Assembly (NCBI GenBank): GCA_041599855.1
Contig: JBFILE010000003.1
Location: 1-32,298 of the forward strand
DNA length: 32,298 nucleotides
Direction of reading: 5' to 3'
DNA from: Thermoplasmatota archaeon
Lineage (GTDB): Archaea > Thermoplasmatota > SW-10-69-26 > JACQPN01 > JAJPHT01
Shown piece after piece: positions 1-9,688 of the stretch (position 1 is the first letter of the stretch; each line of letters starts with the position of its first letter). The notes beneath the pieces were generated by a model that saw only the letters and a list, made by a program, of their open reading frames with translations, had not been told where the DNA came from and ran no database searches. Position numbers and translations under genes: made by a program.

Positions 1-791
1 AGGCTGCGCGTGGCGGCGATCGTCCCCCCGCCCGACAGGCCCGACGCGGCCGGCGTCGAGATGCTCACCCCCGAGTGCGCGACATGTTGGTCCGCGACGT
101 AGTTCGAGAGCGCGTTGTGGTTGATGGACGCCTGGTGCTGCGTGACGTTCGAGGCCGCGATACGGGCGTCTGCGAACGTGCCCGAAGTGACCTCCGACGC
201 CGCGTGCGTGTGGATGGTGGGCGCCTTGCCGGCGAGCTGCGCCGTGATCTTGGAGCCGCTCCAGATGTCCGTGACCGTCGTGCCCGGGTCGTTGATGAGC
301 TTCGCGGGCGCGATCTTCTTCGTCGTGGCCCCGGCGTCCTCGTAATACACGAGGCGGTCGTTCACGAAGTTCAAAGCGGCGCCCGCCGTGAGCCGGTTCG
401 CGTCCAAGACGAGGTTGCGCGTCGCGGTCAAGTCGCCCCCGCCATTGAGGCCGCTCGTGGCGCTCGTCGCCACTTGGACCGCCGAGTGGTCGACGTGGCG
501 GTTGGCAACATTGTGTGTCGCCACCTCGGCCGCAGCCGTGCCAGCAGGGTCCGCTCCCGCCTGGGCCGCCGTGACCGAGTGAGGGTTCGCCGTGCTTGCG
601 TGGTGTGCCGTGATCGTCGCGGCCGTCACCGCGTTCGGCCCGCCAGTGTCTAGGCCCGCGTCCGTCCCCTGCGTGTGGAGCTTGGTGTGGTCGTGAGCCG
701 CCTCATGCGCCGCCACGGACGCCGAGGCAGCCCCCGCCTCCTCGGCTCCCAGCACGTCCAGCGTGACGTTGTGTGCTCTGCGCCTGCGCAT
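1..791 (-). CDS. Tail fibre protein (3'-truncated by window edge; not in ORF track)
   Basis: Hand translation from ATG 791 (TGATG overlap with the upstream stop) stays open to the edge: MRRRRAHNVTLD...STANPHSVTAAQAG...SGLNGGGDLTATRNL...DIWSGSKI...HTHAASEV...SGLSGGGTIAATRS. NPHxVT, HTH and repeated GLxGGGxL/IxATRxL motifs are typical of trimeric fibres. Confidence 0.85.
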   Translation of the reverse strand, partial: MRRRRAHNVTLDVLGAEEAGAASASVAAHEAAHDHTKLHTQGTDAGLDTGGPNAVTAATITAHHASTANPHSVTAAQAGADPAGTAAAEVATHNVANRHVDHSAVQVATSATSGLNGGGDLTATRNLVLDANRLTAGAALNFVNDRLVYYEDAGATTKKIAPAKLINDPGTTVTDIWSGSKITAQLAGKAPTIHTHAASEVTSGTFADARIAASNVTQHQASINHNALSNYVADQHVAHSGVSISTPAASGLSGGGTIAATRS

Positions 792-1168
792 CAGTCCTGC
801 TCCGACGCCTCCACATACAGGTTGATGACGTTGGCGCCACCAGGAGTGTAAACCTTCACCGCGCCACCCTTCACCAGGAGCCAGTCGGGCACGATGGCGA
901 TGGGGCCGGCCTTGGCAGGCACCGAGAACACCACCTCATCGTTGGGGCTGGCGACCCCGACCCACTGCAAGTGCAGGTCGGCGGCTGTCCCGGTGTTGTT
1001 CCAGGCGTCCACCCGGAGGCGCTCGAAGCGAGCACCGCGCGAGTGGACGTGCAGCGTCTGGGCGGCCCCCAGCGTCGTCGCCGTGACCATCAGGAACTTC
1101 CCGTCCGTCATCCCCGCGCCGAGGATCACGCGGGTGGCGTACTGGCTGGCGTAGGACTGCTTGGGCAT
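791..1168 (-). CDS. Small beta-rich virion/tail-associated protein
   Basis: 125 aa, coupled to both neighbours by 1-nt overlaps, located between the ejection protein and the fibre. Function inferred from position. Confidence 0.6.
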   Translation of the reverse strand: MPKQSYASQYATRVILGAGMTDGKFLMVTATTLGAAQTLHVHSRGARFERLRVDAWNNTGTAADLHLQWVGVASPNDEVVFSVPAKAGPIAIVPDWLLVKGGAVKVYTPGGANVINLYVEASEQD

Positions 1169-4100
1169 CAGCGACCCTCCCTCTTGCGGGCGGCCTTGAG
1201 ACGACTACGCACGGGCCTGCGCGCAGCCAGGACCGCCGCATGCACGCGCGCGATGTCCTTCTCGGTCGGGTCGTCCCAGTTGAGCGGCATGGACAGGATG
1301 CGTTCCAGCGCCGCCTGGCCCGAGTCACGCACGAACTCCTCGAACTCCTCCTCGTCCCAGTACCTGGTCTTCCCGTCCTCGGTGTAGTGGTAGCTCGGCG
1401 GCTGCGTGTTGAAGGGCTTGAGAGCGCCGCCAACCGGCTGGCTGGCAACCTTCTCGTTCCAGTGCAAGAGCATGCGGTCGAGCTTGTTCGGGCCGCCCTC
1501 GGGCTCGTGAAGCGGCTCGGCGGCGAGCTGCACCACGTTGGCCATCCACGACCCGCGCGGGTTCCACGCCCACGGCTGGCCGCGCTCGATGCGCCGGCCC
1601 CAGAGGTCGCGCTTCGCGGGGGCCTGCATCGCGTGGCCTGGGGCGATGCCGCGCGCCACCTCCTTACGCAGCATCCCCGCCCATCCCGCGTCCTCGAAAC
1701 GCCGCGCCCGCTCCTCGCGAAGGTGCTCGTCCGTCATCCGCATTGGCTGCTTGATGATGTTGGGCACGTAGGCGGTCACGTAGTTCGCGAGCGTGTCCGC
1801 CGCCGCCGGGGCGCTGCGGTACTCGATCAGGCGCTGGAGATCCTGGAGCCCCTGGAGGTAGGTGGCGTCCTTCATGTGCTCATACACTGTACGGAACAGC
1901 TCCACCGACGCCTTGAGTTCGGCGTCCGGGTCCCCGGCCTTGGTGGCCTGGCGCCACTTGTTGGCGGCGTCCACGGTGATCGCGAGCGCGTTGGAGAGCG
2001 GGTCAATCTGGCGGTAGCTGACGCGCTTCCCGTTGATGCGGATGGTGTAGGGCGGGGCGGCTCCGTACTGAACTTGGCGCTCCCCGAAGTTCTCGGCCGG
2101 CGAGCCCGTGATGATCGGGTCGTCGTCGTCCCCGTCCTCGAGCCACCCGAGCACCACCAGCCCGAGCCCCGTGGCGATGATGGAGTCGGCGATGTCCGTG
2201 ACCATCTGCGCCTTGCCGCCCTTCCACTTGTGCCCGGCGCGCAGCAGGCCCGAGGCGTTGGACATCATCGACAGGTAGGCCAGCGGCGAGCGGCGCAGCG
2301 CGGCGAGCAGAAGCCGCATCGGGGTTTTGATGAACGTGAAGAACATGGTGCCCGGACCGGGGATCCCGAGCGGGTCTCCCTTGCGCCGCAGGGTTCCGAT
2401 CGCGTCCTCGAACTTCTGGAGTAGCGAGCCCGCCTCAAAGGGGTTTTGGAAGGTCAGGTAGAGCGCGGATGCTTCGGCGCCGGAGACGATCTCGGGGTCC
2501 CCGAGGGACACCAGCTCGTTCATGCGCGTGAACGTCTCCTCCGGTCCCTTACGGCCCTCGCCCTTGGCCTTACGGTAGGCTAGCGCGTACTGCTCCACGG
2601 TCTCGATGTAGCCCTTGAACGCCTCATCGAACGCGAGCAGGGAGGTGAGCGAGACCCCGCGCAGACCACGCCCGATCGGACCTCCGATGGCTGGCCCCGA
2701 CTGGCGCTCCATCCACTTGGACACCCGGTCCTCCATGTCCTTGTTCATCGCCGTGGAGGACTCGGTGCGGTAGGCCATGAGGAAGCGGCGGCCGGCTTCG
2801 GCGATCGCGGCGCCCTGGGCGCGTGCCATGACCCGCAGCTCCCCGAGTTGTGGCGCGTTGGGGGCGCGGACCACCGTGTTGATCGACGCCTCCACCACGC
2901 GCTGCACGTACAGCGACACGCCCACGTTCACCGCGTTGCCCCGGATGTTGCGCCACTGCGTGTACGGGCCGGAGAGGATGCTGGAGATGTACCACTCGGA
3001 GAGCTTGTCCCCGGTGCTGGCGCGGGTGGTCGAGACGATGCGGCGGATGCGGCTGGCAGTCACCGGGTCCGCGAAGTCCGAGAGTACGATCGCGGTGGGG
3101 TCGATGCCGTTGCGACGCAGCGCCTTGAGCAGCTTCGGGAGCTTCTTCGCCTCCGCAGCCAGGAGCGCCTGCATCTCGGCCCCGATCTCGTCGCGGCGCG
3201 CATCGCTGACGCCGGCCTCGCGGCGCTCGCGGTCGAGCCGCTCCAGCTCCTTCTGCGTGCGCACGGTGGGGCGGGCGATGATGTCCGCCATTGCGAGCTG
3301 GGCGGTGGTCTCGGTGTCGATGGCCTCGCGCCGGGCCTGGAGGGATCGGGCTGCCTCCGTGCCAGACTCCCGGTAGGCGGTGTAGACGTGCATCGACTCC
3401 ATCAGGTCCGCCTCGGAGCCGGTCTGGAGCGCACGTTGGCCCACGGTGTTGGCGATCAGCCGCATGGCGATCACCTCCACTTGGTTGAGCACCTGCACGC
3501 TCTGGTCGGGAGCCTCTCGCGTCTTGCGCATGAGGTACTCCTTCACGCCACCGAAGTTCGCGTGGAGCGCGGTCTCGGCCAGCGCGCGGGCCTCGGCGTT
3601 GGTGCGGACACCCGGCTTGTGCAGGATGTCGCGGATGATGTCGGCCATCCGAGTCAGCGTGCGCAACGCCGGGTCCACGGACGGCATGGCGAGGTCCGGG
3701 CGCGGGGTCACGCCGGAGGCTGCGGCGGACTCGATGGCGGGGAGCGCGCCGCGCGGGACGGGGACGCGCCCGCCTTTGGCGGCGAACTTGGGCGCGAAGG
3801 TGGAGAAGCCCGCCGCCTTCACGGCCTCGGCCATCGCGGGCGGGATGGGGAGGTGGTGGACGGTTTCTCTGTCGGGATACCGTGCCGGGACACCTCCCCC
3901 AACACTGCCCTTCTCCGTAGGCACCTCCGTCCTGCCGACCTTGACCCCGTACCGCTTGCCGAGCTTGTTCGCGGCGGCCGGCAGAATCTTGTCGTAGAAG
4001 CCCTCCATGCCGGCGCCGCCGATGGTGAGATTGTCGCCGGAGACGGAGCCGGAGTCCTCCGAGAGGATGCGCTTGGCGATCTCCTTGCCGACCAGCGACT

Positions 4101-7100
4101 CCAGCGTCTCGCCGACCGCTTCACCGCCGGGGCCTTGCGTGATGACCCCGCGCTCGTCCGCGCGGAACTCGGCGGCGCTCTGCCCACCCTTCACGGCGGA
4201 CACCACGATCTCGTCACGGATGCGCGTCCACCCGATCTCGTCCACCGCCTGCCGGTACGCCGTCTCGTACCGCTCCACCTGCTGCCGCCCAGTGGTCCAC
4301 GCCACGCCCTCGAACCCGTTATCCGCAGCCCACTTCAAGACCCGCTTCAGCGCCAGCGTCGGCCAGGATTGCTTGAACGGGGCGTCGGGGACGGCAGACG
4401 CCCGCGCAGTGTTAGCGGAGTCCGAAGCCGCCCGTGCCTGCGCGGCGGCAAGGGACTCGTGGTAAGACGCTCGGCCAGTGCCTGGCTCTGTGAGGCGATA
4501 CTGATGATCTAGCGCATCGTTCGCTGGCTGGTGGATGAGGTCCACAGACCAGTCGTTACCAGCCGCGTCACTGCCAACCCACCACTCCCCAGCAAGCCTC
4601 TCGTCCCACTCCAGCGACGGCGCGGCAGCCGATGGCGGACCCGCGTACCCCTTCTTCCGCCCCTCCTGATGGAGGTCGGATTGTATCTCCTCCACGAACA
4701 CCACCCGCTGCCCGTCCGCCGTCTCGCGCTCGTTGAAGCGCACGTGAGCCAGCACGTTCGGCGTCTCGCCGTAGTGGCCGCCGGTGAAGGCGCCGACGCT
4801 TTTGGTGTGGAACGCCAGGGCCGCCTGTGCCGCCGTGATGTTGCTCCAGTACGCAACGTCTCCACTGGGGCCTGTGTATAGTGAGCCGTCAGGCCGGCGC
4901 AGAACAAACTTGCCGTCCGCTCGCGTGGTAATCTCCCACCCGCCGCCTTCTGTATACGGCAGCGTCAGCAGCAGCTCCCGGTAGTTGGAGCCGCCGGGGA
5001 GCTGGTAGTCGGGGTACTTGGGCTCTGCCGCCTCTTGCGCTGCGAGATCCTTGCCCTGCGCGTAGTCCAAGAACAGCCTGGATGAGCCGTTGATGTGGCG
5101 CAACGCCTCCTCCGCGGTAGCGTAGTCCGCGACGGTTTCGCCGTGAGCCGGAGCCCCCGGCATTGGTTGGCGGTAGTCGAACACGTACCACCGCTCCGGG
5201 TCATACGTAGTCTTCTCCGGCGACCCCAGCACCTTCTCCTCCACCCCCACCCGGTGCGCCCGCACCCACTCCAGCGCCTCCGCCTTGGTGATCCGCTTGC
5301 GCTTGCGGTCGGCCACCAGCCCCTTCCAGTCCAGGTACTCCAGCTCTTCCTCGGTCACCCCCGGCTGCTTCCGCAACTGCGCGTCCAACTGCCCCGGCAG
5401 GAACGTCTCGCCCTTCAGCGACTCCACCCCGCGCTCGACCGCCGAGAACCAGCGGCGCTCCGGGCTGTCCGTGGGCGGGGCTGCGGCGAAACGGATGTCG
5501 CCATCGCGCTCAGGCGGCGTCCACACTTCAACGCCACGCAGAGAGTCGCCGGAACGCACCTCGGCGCCTGAGACCATGCGGGAGTAGTTGCGCGCGAAGT
5601 CGGACGCCATCATGCGCTGTCGCCGCCCACGCTTCCACACGACCAGTAGGCCAAAGTCTCCGTGTTCTTCCACAAGCGCAGCCAGGCGGCCCGAGCTAAC
5701 ATCCTCCGCGGTAATTGGCGTGCCCCGAACCGGCACCTTGCGGCCGAGGGGCAACGGCTTCTTGTGCTCGGCCTTGAGGTTCCGCAGCGTGCCTGTAATC
5801 TGATCGACGAAGTTTTGGGTTTCGAGCGCCCCCTCAAGGTCATCGCCCGGCCACCCCGGCTGACGCTCGATGACGCCAGGCTTGTACCTTGCATCAGCGC
5901 TTGAGCGCGGGAACGCAGTAGTAACCTTTGGAAGCATGGCGGTCGGCAGCCCGTAATCGCGCACCATCTCTGCCAGCGCGGACCGCGCCTGTTCCTCGGT
6001 GCGGTAAAAGTCCGTGACGTTCGCTCCACCTCCAACGTGGCTTGCCGACCGAAACTCCAATTCGCCCATGTATCGCCCATCACCACCCTGGACTGAGCGA
6101 TACGTTGTCACTCCGCCAGACGTTACTGGCTCTGACTTGAGCCCCGGACCAGGGACGAAGCGGATCCCAGCTGTAACACGATCAATCTGCTTGTCTTCGA
6201 CATGGAAGACTAAGCGCCCCGCACCGCGCTTACTCTCTATATGCTCGGTCCGCACCCGCCCCCAGTTGGTGTCCACTCCACGGCGCGGCATCCGCGCCTT
6301 CTCCGCCGCGAACCGCGCCTCCCCCGCCGCCCCCTCCCGCACCGGCAGCGTCTCCAGCGAGGAGATCGCCTCGTGCAGAACGCGGGCCGCCTTCAGCCCC
6401 TGGAGGTCCACGCCGATCCGCTCCAGTTGGCCCTCCTGCCACGTCTTCACGTCCACGCCGAGCCGCCGCAGGATCCGCTTCACCGCGTCCACCAACGACC
6501 GGAACACGCCCGGCTCGTTCAGCGCGATCCGCCGCAGCGTGCGCGCGCCCTCCGGGGTCCGCAGCGACTGGATCCACCCCGACAACTCCTGCGCCCGCTG
6601 CGCCAGCGCCTCCTCGCTCTGGAGGTCCGCCGTCAGCGCGTCGTACCGCTCCTCGCCGAACGCCTCCCGGTAGGCCGCTCGAGCCCGCTCCAGCCCGGCC
6701 GGGTCCACCCGGTCCACCTGCTGGTAGAGCCCGAGGATGTCCCGCTCCTTGCCCTCCGTCCGCCGGCTCCACTCATGGACGAGTTCGTGGTCCAGCACCG
6801 CCAGCGGGCTCGCCTGGTCGGCGCCGATGAACACCTCGCCGGGCTTCAGGGAGGCGCCGACGAAGCCCTTGCCCTTGGCGATCCGCACCTTGACCCCCAG
6901 CCGCTCCCCCAGCCCCACGGCGGCCTGCTGCTCCTCGGTCTCGGCCTCCACCTCCTCCAGCGGCTGCCCCCAGGCGCGTGAGACGCGCTCCAGCGTGTCT
7001 TCCGGCTCCGGGGCCGCCTCGGCCTCGGGCGCGGCAGGGGGGCTCTCAGGGGCCTCTGGCGTCTTGACGGGAGATGTCAGAGTCTTGACATCCGATGTCA

Positions 7101-8436
7101 GAGGCACCCCCTCATCGGGCACCCCCTCATCCAATGAGGCCCCCTCATTGAGGGGGGTGGGGGTGCCCGCCGCCCCGGAAGGTGGTTCGCCCTCGACCCC
7201 CCCCGCACCAGTGTCAGCCGGCTCGGGTTCCGTCGGTGGAGCGGCGGGCTTCTCTGCCGCGGTCTCCCCCTTCCCACCCTGGAGCTTCGCCAGGGCCGTC
7301 CGGGCGGCGTCCACTGCCGTCCCGGTGATCGCCATGCCCCCAGGCAGCACCGAGAACGCGATCGCCTCGCCAGCCGCCTGCTTCTTGCCGGGGACCACCT
7401 CGCCCAGGTCCGGAGCCCGCCCCTCCCTCACCGCAGCGTCCAGCTCGTGCAGGAGGTCCGACTCCCGCTCCTCCAGGAACTCCCCGATCGGGGCATGCAC
7501 CTGGCCGCGCCTCAGAACCCCCTTCAGCGCCTTCACCGCCGACCCGCCACTCACCCCCAGCTTCTCACCCATCCACGCCAGGAACGGCCCCGTCACCTTC
7601 TCCCGCATCAGCTTCGAGCCCGGCACCCCCAGCTCCGAAGCCGCCTCGTACACCTGGCTCCGCAGCGCCTGTGGCCACATCCCCTCCATGTCCTCGGCGC
7701 GCGCGTCCAGCTCGGCCCGCAACTCGCCGGCCTCGTCCTCGGAGAGCTTCAGCTTCTCGAAGAAGTCGGCCTCCGCCAGCCCCCGCGCCTGCTCGGTGGT
7801 ATGCCCCTCCCCGCCGAACGCCTGGGGCACCAATTCCCCAGCCGCGACGTGCCGGCCCACGATCCCGGCCCCGCGCCCAGCCATCGCAGCCGCCTTGAAG
7901 AGCCGGCTGGTCCGCTCGTAGTTCTTGAGCAGCGCCACCATGCCGCGGATCTTGGAGCCCCGCCGCGCCATCCCCAGCGCCCCGCCAACCCCTCCGGCAA
8001 CCAGGCTCTCGGCCAGGAACTCGCCCCCGAACTTGACCGCGCTCGGGAGGATCTCGGCCGTCCAGTCCGCGACGCTCAGTTCCCCGGAGACCGGGTTGGC
8101 CCCGAGAGCCTCCATGCGCTCCTTGACGAGGCGCAGTTGCTCCTGGCTGGCCGGCCGCCCGTCCCCGAATTCCTGTCGGTCGAGCGCCGCCATCGCGTCC
8201 GCCATCGACTCATCGAACGCCTTGTCACGCTCCGGCGCGTAGGGGATGTACCGTTCACGGGGTTTCTCGCGCAGACCCTCCCACACCCTACGCGGGAAGG
8301 ATCGGGCGTCCGCTCCGGTAAGCTCCATCACGGCGTCCACGTAATTGCTCACGCGCGCGGGCTCTCCAGTCAGGTCACCCGAGACCGACAGGAGACCGTC
8401 GATGTAGGCGCCAACCCCGTTGTCCTGGAGGCGCAC
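1168..8436 (-). CDS. Giant DNA-ejection/polyvalent virion protein (2422 aa) with zincin metallopeptidase and cargo domains
   Basis: GTG start with GGAGGTG SD; third gene of the ejection trio. Contains HELVH (6775-6789) with downstream EEALA, an EEIQSD-motif domain (4675-4692), and a helical C-terminus with SYRQIDPL/DATYLQGL/RDLWGRRI motifs like large internal virion (LPD38-type) proteins. Confidence 0.8.
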   Translation of the reverse strand: MRLQDNGVGAYIDGLLSVSGDLTGEPARVSNYVDAVMELTGADARSFPRRVWEGLREKPRERYIPYAPERDKAFDESMADAMAALDRQEFGDGRPASQEQLRLVKERMEALGANPVSGELSVADWTAEILPSAVKFGGEFLAESLVAGGVGGALGMARRGSKIRGMVALLKNYERTSRLFKAAAMAGRGAGIVGRHVAAGELVPQAFGGEGHTTEQARGLAEADFFEKLKLSEDEAGELRAELDARAEDMEGMWPQALRSQVYEAASELGVPGSKLMREKVTGPFLAWMGEKLGVSGGSAVKALKGVLRRGQVHAPIGEFLEERESDLLHELDAAVREGRAPDLGEVVPGKKQAAGEAIAFSVLPGGMAITGTAVDAARTALAKLQGGKGETAAEKPAAPPTEPEPADTGAGGVEGEPPSGAAGTPTPLNEGASLDEGVPDEGVPLTSDVKTLTSPVKTPEAPESPPAAPEAEAAPEPEDTLERVSRAWGQPLEEVEAETEEQQAAVGLGERLGVKVRIAKGKGFVGASLKPGEVFIGADQASPLAVLDHELVHEWSRRTEGKERDILGLYQQVDRVDPAGLERARAAYREAFGEERYDALTADLQSEEALAQRAQELSGWIQSLRTPEGARTLRRIALNEPGVFRSLVDAVKRILRRLGVDVKTWQEGQLERIGVDLQGLKAARVLHEAISSLETLPVREGAAGEARFAAEKARMPRRGVDTNWGRVRTEHIESKRGAGRLVFHVEDKQIDRVTAGIRFVPGPGLKSEPVTSGGVTTYRSVQGGDGRYMGELEFRSASHVGGGANVTDFYRTEEQARSALAEMVRDYGLPTAMLPKVTTAFPRSSADARYKPGVIERQPGWPGDDLEGALETQNFVDQITGTLRNLKAEHKKPLPLGRKVPVRGTPITAEDVSSGRLAALVEEHGDFGLLVVWKRGRRQRMMASDFARNYSRMVSGAEVRSGDSLRGVEVWTPPERDGDIRFAAAPPTDSPERRWFSAVERGVESLKGETFLPGQLDAQLRKQPGVTEEELEYLDWKGLVADRKRKRITKAEALEWVRAHRVGVEEKVLGSPEKTTYDPERWYVFDYRQPMPGAPAHGETVADYATAEEALRHINGSSRLFLDYAQGKDLAAQEAAEPKYPDYQLPGGSNYRELLLTLPYTEGGGWEITTRADGKFVLRRPDGSLYTGPSGDVAYWSNITAAQAALAFHTKSVGAFTGGHYGETPNVLAHVRFNERETADGQRVVFVEEIQSDLHQEGRKKGYAGPPSAAAPSLEWDERLAGEWWVGSDAAGNDWSVDLIHQPANDALDHQYRLTEPGTGRASYHESLAAAQARAASDSANTARASAVPDAPFKQSWPTLALKRVLKWAADNGFEGVAWTTGRQQVERYETAYRQAVDEIGWTRIRDEIVVSAVKGGQSAAEFRADERGVITQGPGGEAVGETLESLVGKEIAKRILSEDSGSVSGDNLTIGGAGMEGFYDKILPAAANKLGKRYGVKVGRTEVPTEKGSVGGGVPARYPDRETVHHLPIPPAMAEAVKAAGFSTFAPKFAAKGGRVPVPRGALPAIESAAASGVTPRPDLAMPSVDPALRTLTRMADIIRDILHKPGVRTNAEARALAETALHANFGGVKEYLMRKTREAPDQSVQVLNQVEVIAMRLIANTVGQRALQTGSEADLMESMHVYTAYRESGTEAARSLQARREAIDTETTAQLAMADIIARPTVRTQKELERLDRERREAGVSDARRDEIGAEMQALLAAEAKKLPKLLKALRRNGIDPTAIVLSDFADPVTASRIRRIVSTTRASTGDKLSEWYISSILSGPYTQWRNIRGNAVNVGVSLYVQRVVEASINTVVRAPNAPQLGELRVMARAQGAAIAEAGRRFLMAYRTESSTAMNKDMEDRVSKWMERQSGPAIGGPIGRGLRGVSLTSLLAFDEAFKGYIETVEQYALAYRKAKGEGRKGPEETFTRMNELVSLGDPEIVSGAEASALYLTFQNPFEAGSLLQKFEDAIGTLRRKGDPLGIPGPGTMFFTFIKTPMRLLLAALRRSPLAYLSMMSNASGLLRAGHKWKGGKAQMVTDIADSIIATGLGLVVLGWLEDGDDDDPIITGSPAENFGERQVQYGAAPPYTIRINGKRVSYRQIDPLSNALAITVDAANKWRQATKAGDPDAELKASVELFRTVYEHMKDATYLQGLQDLQRLIEYRSAPAAADTLANYVTAYVPNIIKQPMRMTDEHLREERARRFEDAGWAGMLRKEVARGIAPGHAMQAPAKRDLWGRRIERGQPWAWNPRGSWMANVVQLAAEPLHEPEGGPNKLDRMLLHWNEKVASQPVGGALKPFNTQPPSYHYTEDGKTRYWDEEEFEEFVRDSGQAALERILSMPLNWDDPTEKDIARVHAAVLAARRPVRSRLKAARKREGR
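7061..7150. repeat. Short tandem and inverted repeat cluster in the Pro/Glu-rich linker
   Basis: 21-bp imperfect tandem pair (7061-7081, 7082-7102); GGCACCCCCTCATC twice (7103-7116, 7118-7131); inverted repeat CAATGAGG-ccc-CCTCATTG (7132-7150). Confidence 0.8.
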
Positions 8437-8437
8437 C

Positions 8438-9688
8438 CTACTTCACCTCCAGCATCCTTCCGAGCTGTCCGGCTGTGCCGCCTCCGGCTTCCGACTCCTG
8501 GCGCTGGAGGTTCACGAATTCCTCTTCCGTGAACCCGTACTTGCCGAGGATCTGGGCGACCATCGCCTTGGCCTCCTCCACGCTCTTGGCCTTCTTCAAG
8601 CCGGGCGCGGCCTTCTTCAACTCTTCGCGCAGCGCGACGAGTTTTTCCTTGCGCCCACCGGGCGGCGGCTTCTCGCTGGACCCAGGGATCTTGCTCACGT
8701 CCCACCCGCCGGAGGGCTCGGCATTGCCACTACTGGCCGCGGGGAAGTTCATGGACTGCGGAGCCGGCGCGCTCGGGTCGGAAGCCGGTGGGGTGTACGG
8801 CCCCAGAATCCCCTGGTGCCACTGCGACATAGTGTCCACAAAGCTCGACCGCTGCCGCTCGGAGCGCATCTGGATCGCCTCGTCCGCGCTCAGCCCCATC
8901 TCCTCCAGCGCCCGCGCCCCGTCCCCGGACCGCACCCGCGCCTCGAACAGCGCATCCTGCGGCGACTTGCGCCCGCTCTGCACGTCGATGGCCAGCTTCT
9001 GGAGATCCTCGTTCGTCGGGTCCTCGGAGAGCCGGCCCTTCAGGTCGGTCAGGGCGCCATCCTGAGCGGCGCCGCGCTGCGCTCTCCGCGTGTTGTCCGT
9101 GACGCTCTTCTGCACCGCCGCCAGTGCTTCTTGCAACTGGTCGGGGTCGGCGTCCGGCTGCGCGAGCATCTGGAGCGTGGTCTGAGCCAGAGCCTCGTCG
9201 ATGAACCCGGACTCGGCCATGGACAGAAGCTGGTCGCTGGTCTGCTCGACCCACGCGGACATCTCCTGCTCTTGCCGCTGGGCCTTGCGCTGCTCGTGCA
9301 GCCGCACCAGCTCCAGCTCCCGCAGATCCTCCGGCAGAGACCCGACGATCGCCGCCTCCTCCGGAGCCAGGCCGAACTCCCCGGCCATCGCCTCGAAGTA
9401 GTCCGTGGCCGCCTGCTGCTCGGCCATCTGAGAGGCCATCGCCATCTCTTGCTCGGCGCGCTCCTGCGTCAGGCGCTGCTCGGCCAACGCCCGCTGCGCC
9501 ATGTACGCCTGCATCCGAGCGCTCTGGAGTTGCTCCTGCCCGGCAACCTGGCGCTCGTCCAGCCGCGCGCTCTGCTCGCGCTCGCGGATCTCCCTGGCCC
9601 GCGTCAGCCCCGCCGCCAGCGGTCCAGCGTCCGCGCCCTGGGCGGTGCCTATCGTCAGCCCGGCCGCCCCTGAGACGATGCGCGGCAT
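8438..9688 (-). CDS. Putative DNA ejection protein (coiled-coil, middle ejection gene)
   Basis: 416 aa, rich in A/Q/E/R, helical; position equivalent to P22 gp20 or T7 gp15. Confidence 0.6.
   Translation of the reverse strand: MPRIVSGAAGLTIGTAQGADAGPLAAGLTRAREIREREQSARLDERQVAGQEQLQSARMQAYMAQRALAEQRLTQERAEQEMAMASQMAEQQAATDYFEAMAGEFGLAPEEAAIVGSLPEDLRELELVRLHEQRKAQRQEQEMSAWVEQTSDQLLSMAESGFIDEALAQTTLQMLAQPDADPDQLQEALAAVQKSVTDNTRRAQRGAAQDGALTDLKGRLSEDPTNEDLQKLAIDVQSGRKSPQDALFEARVRSGDGARALEEMGLSADEAIQMRSERQRSSFVDTMSQWHQGILGPYTPPASDPSAPAPQSMNFPAASSGNAEPSGGWDVSKIPGSSEKPPPGGRKEKLVALREELKKAAPGLKKAKSVEEAKAMVAQILGKYGFTEEEFVNLQRQESEAGGGTAGQLGRMLEVK

Noticed and set aside
1168-8436. Giant ORF as a tape measure protein or virion RNA polymerase
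   Set aside because: There are no tail tube or chaperone genes and no tape-measure periodicity, and I saw no DxDGD or T7-type polymerase motifs. Its position fits an ejection protein.
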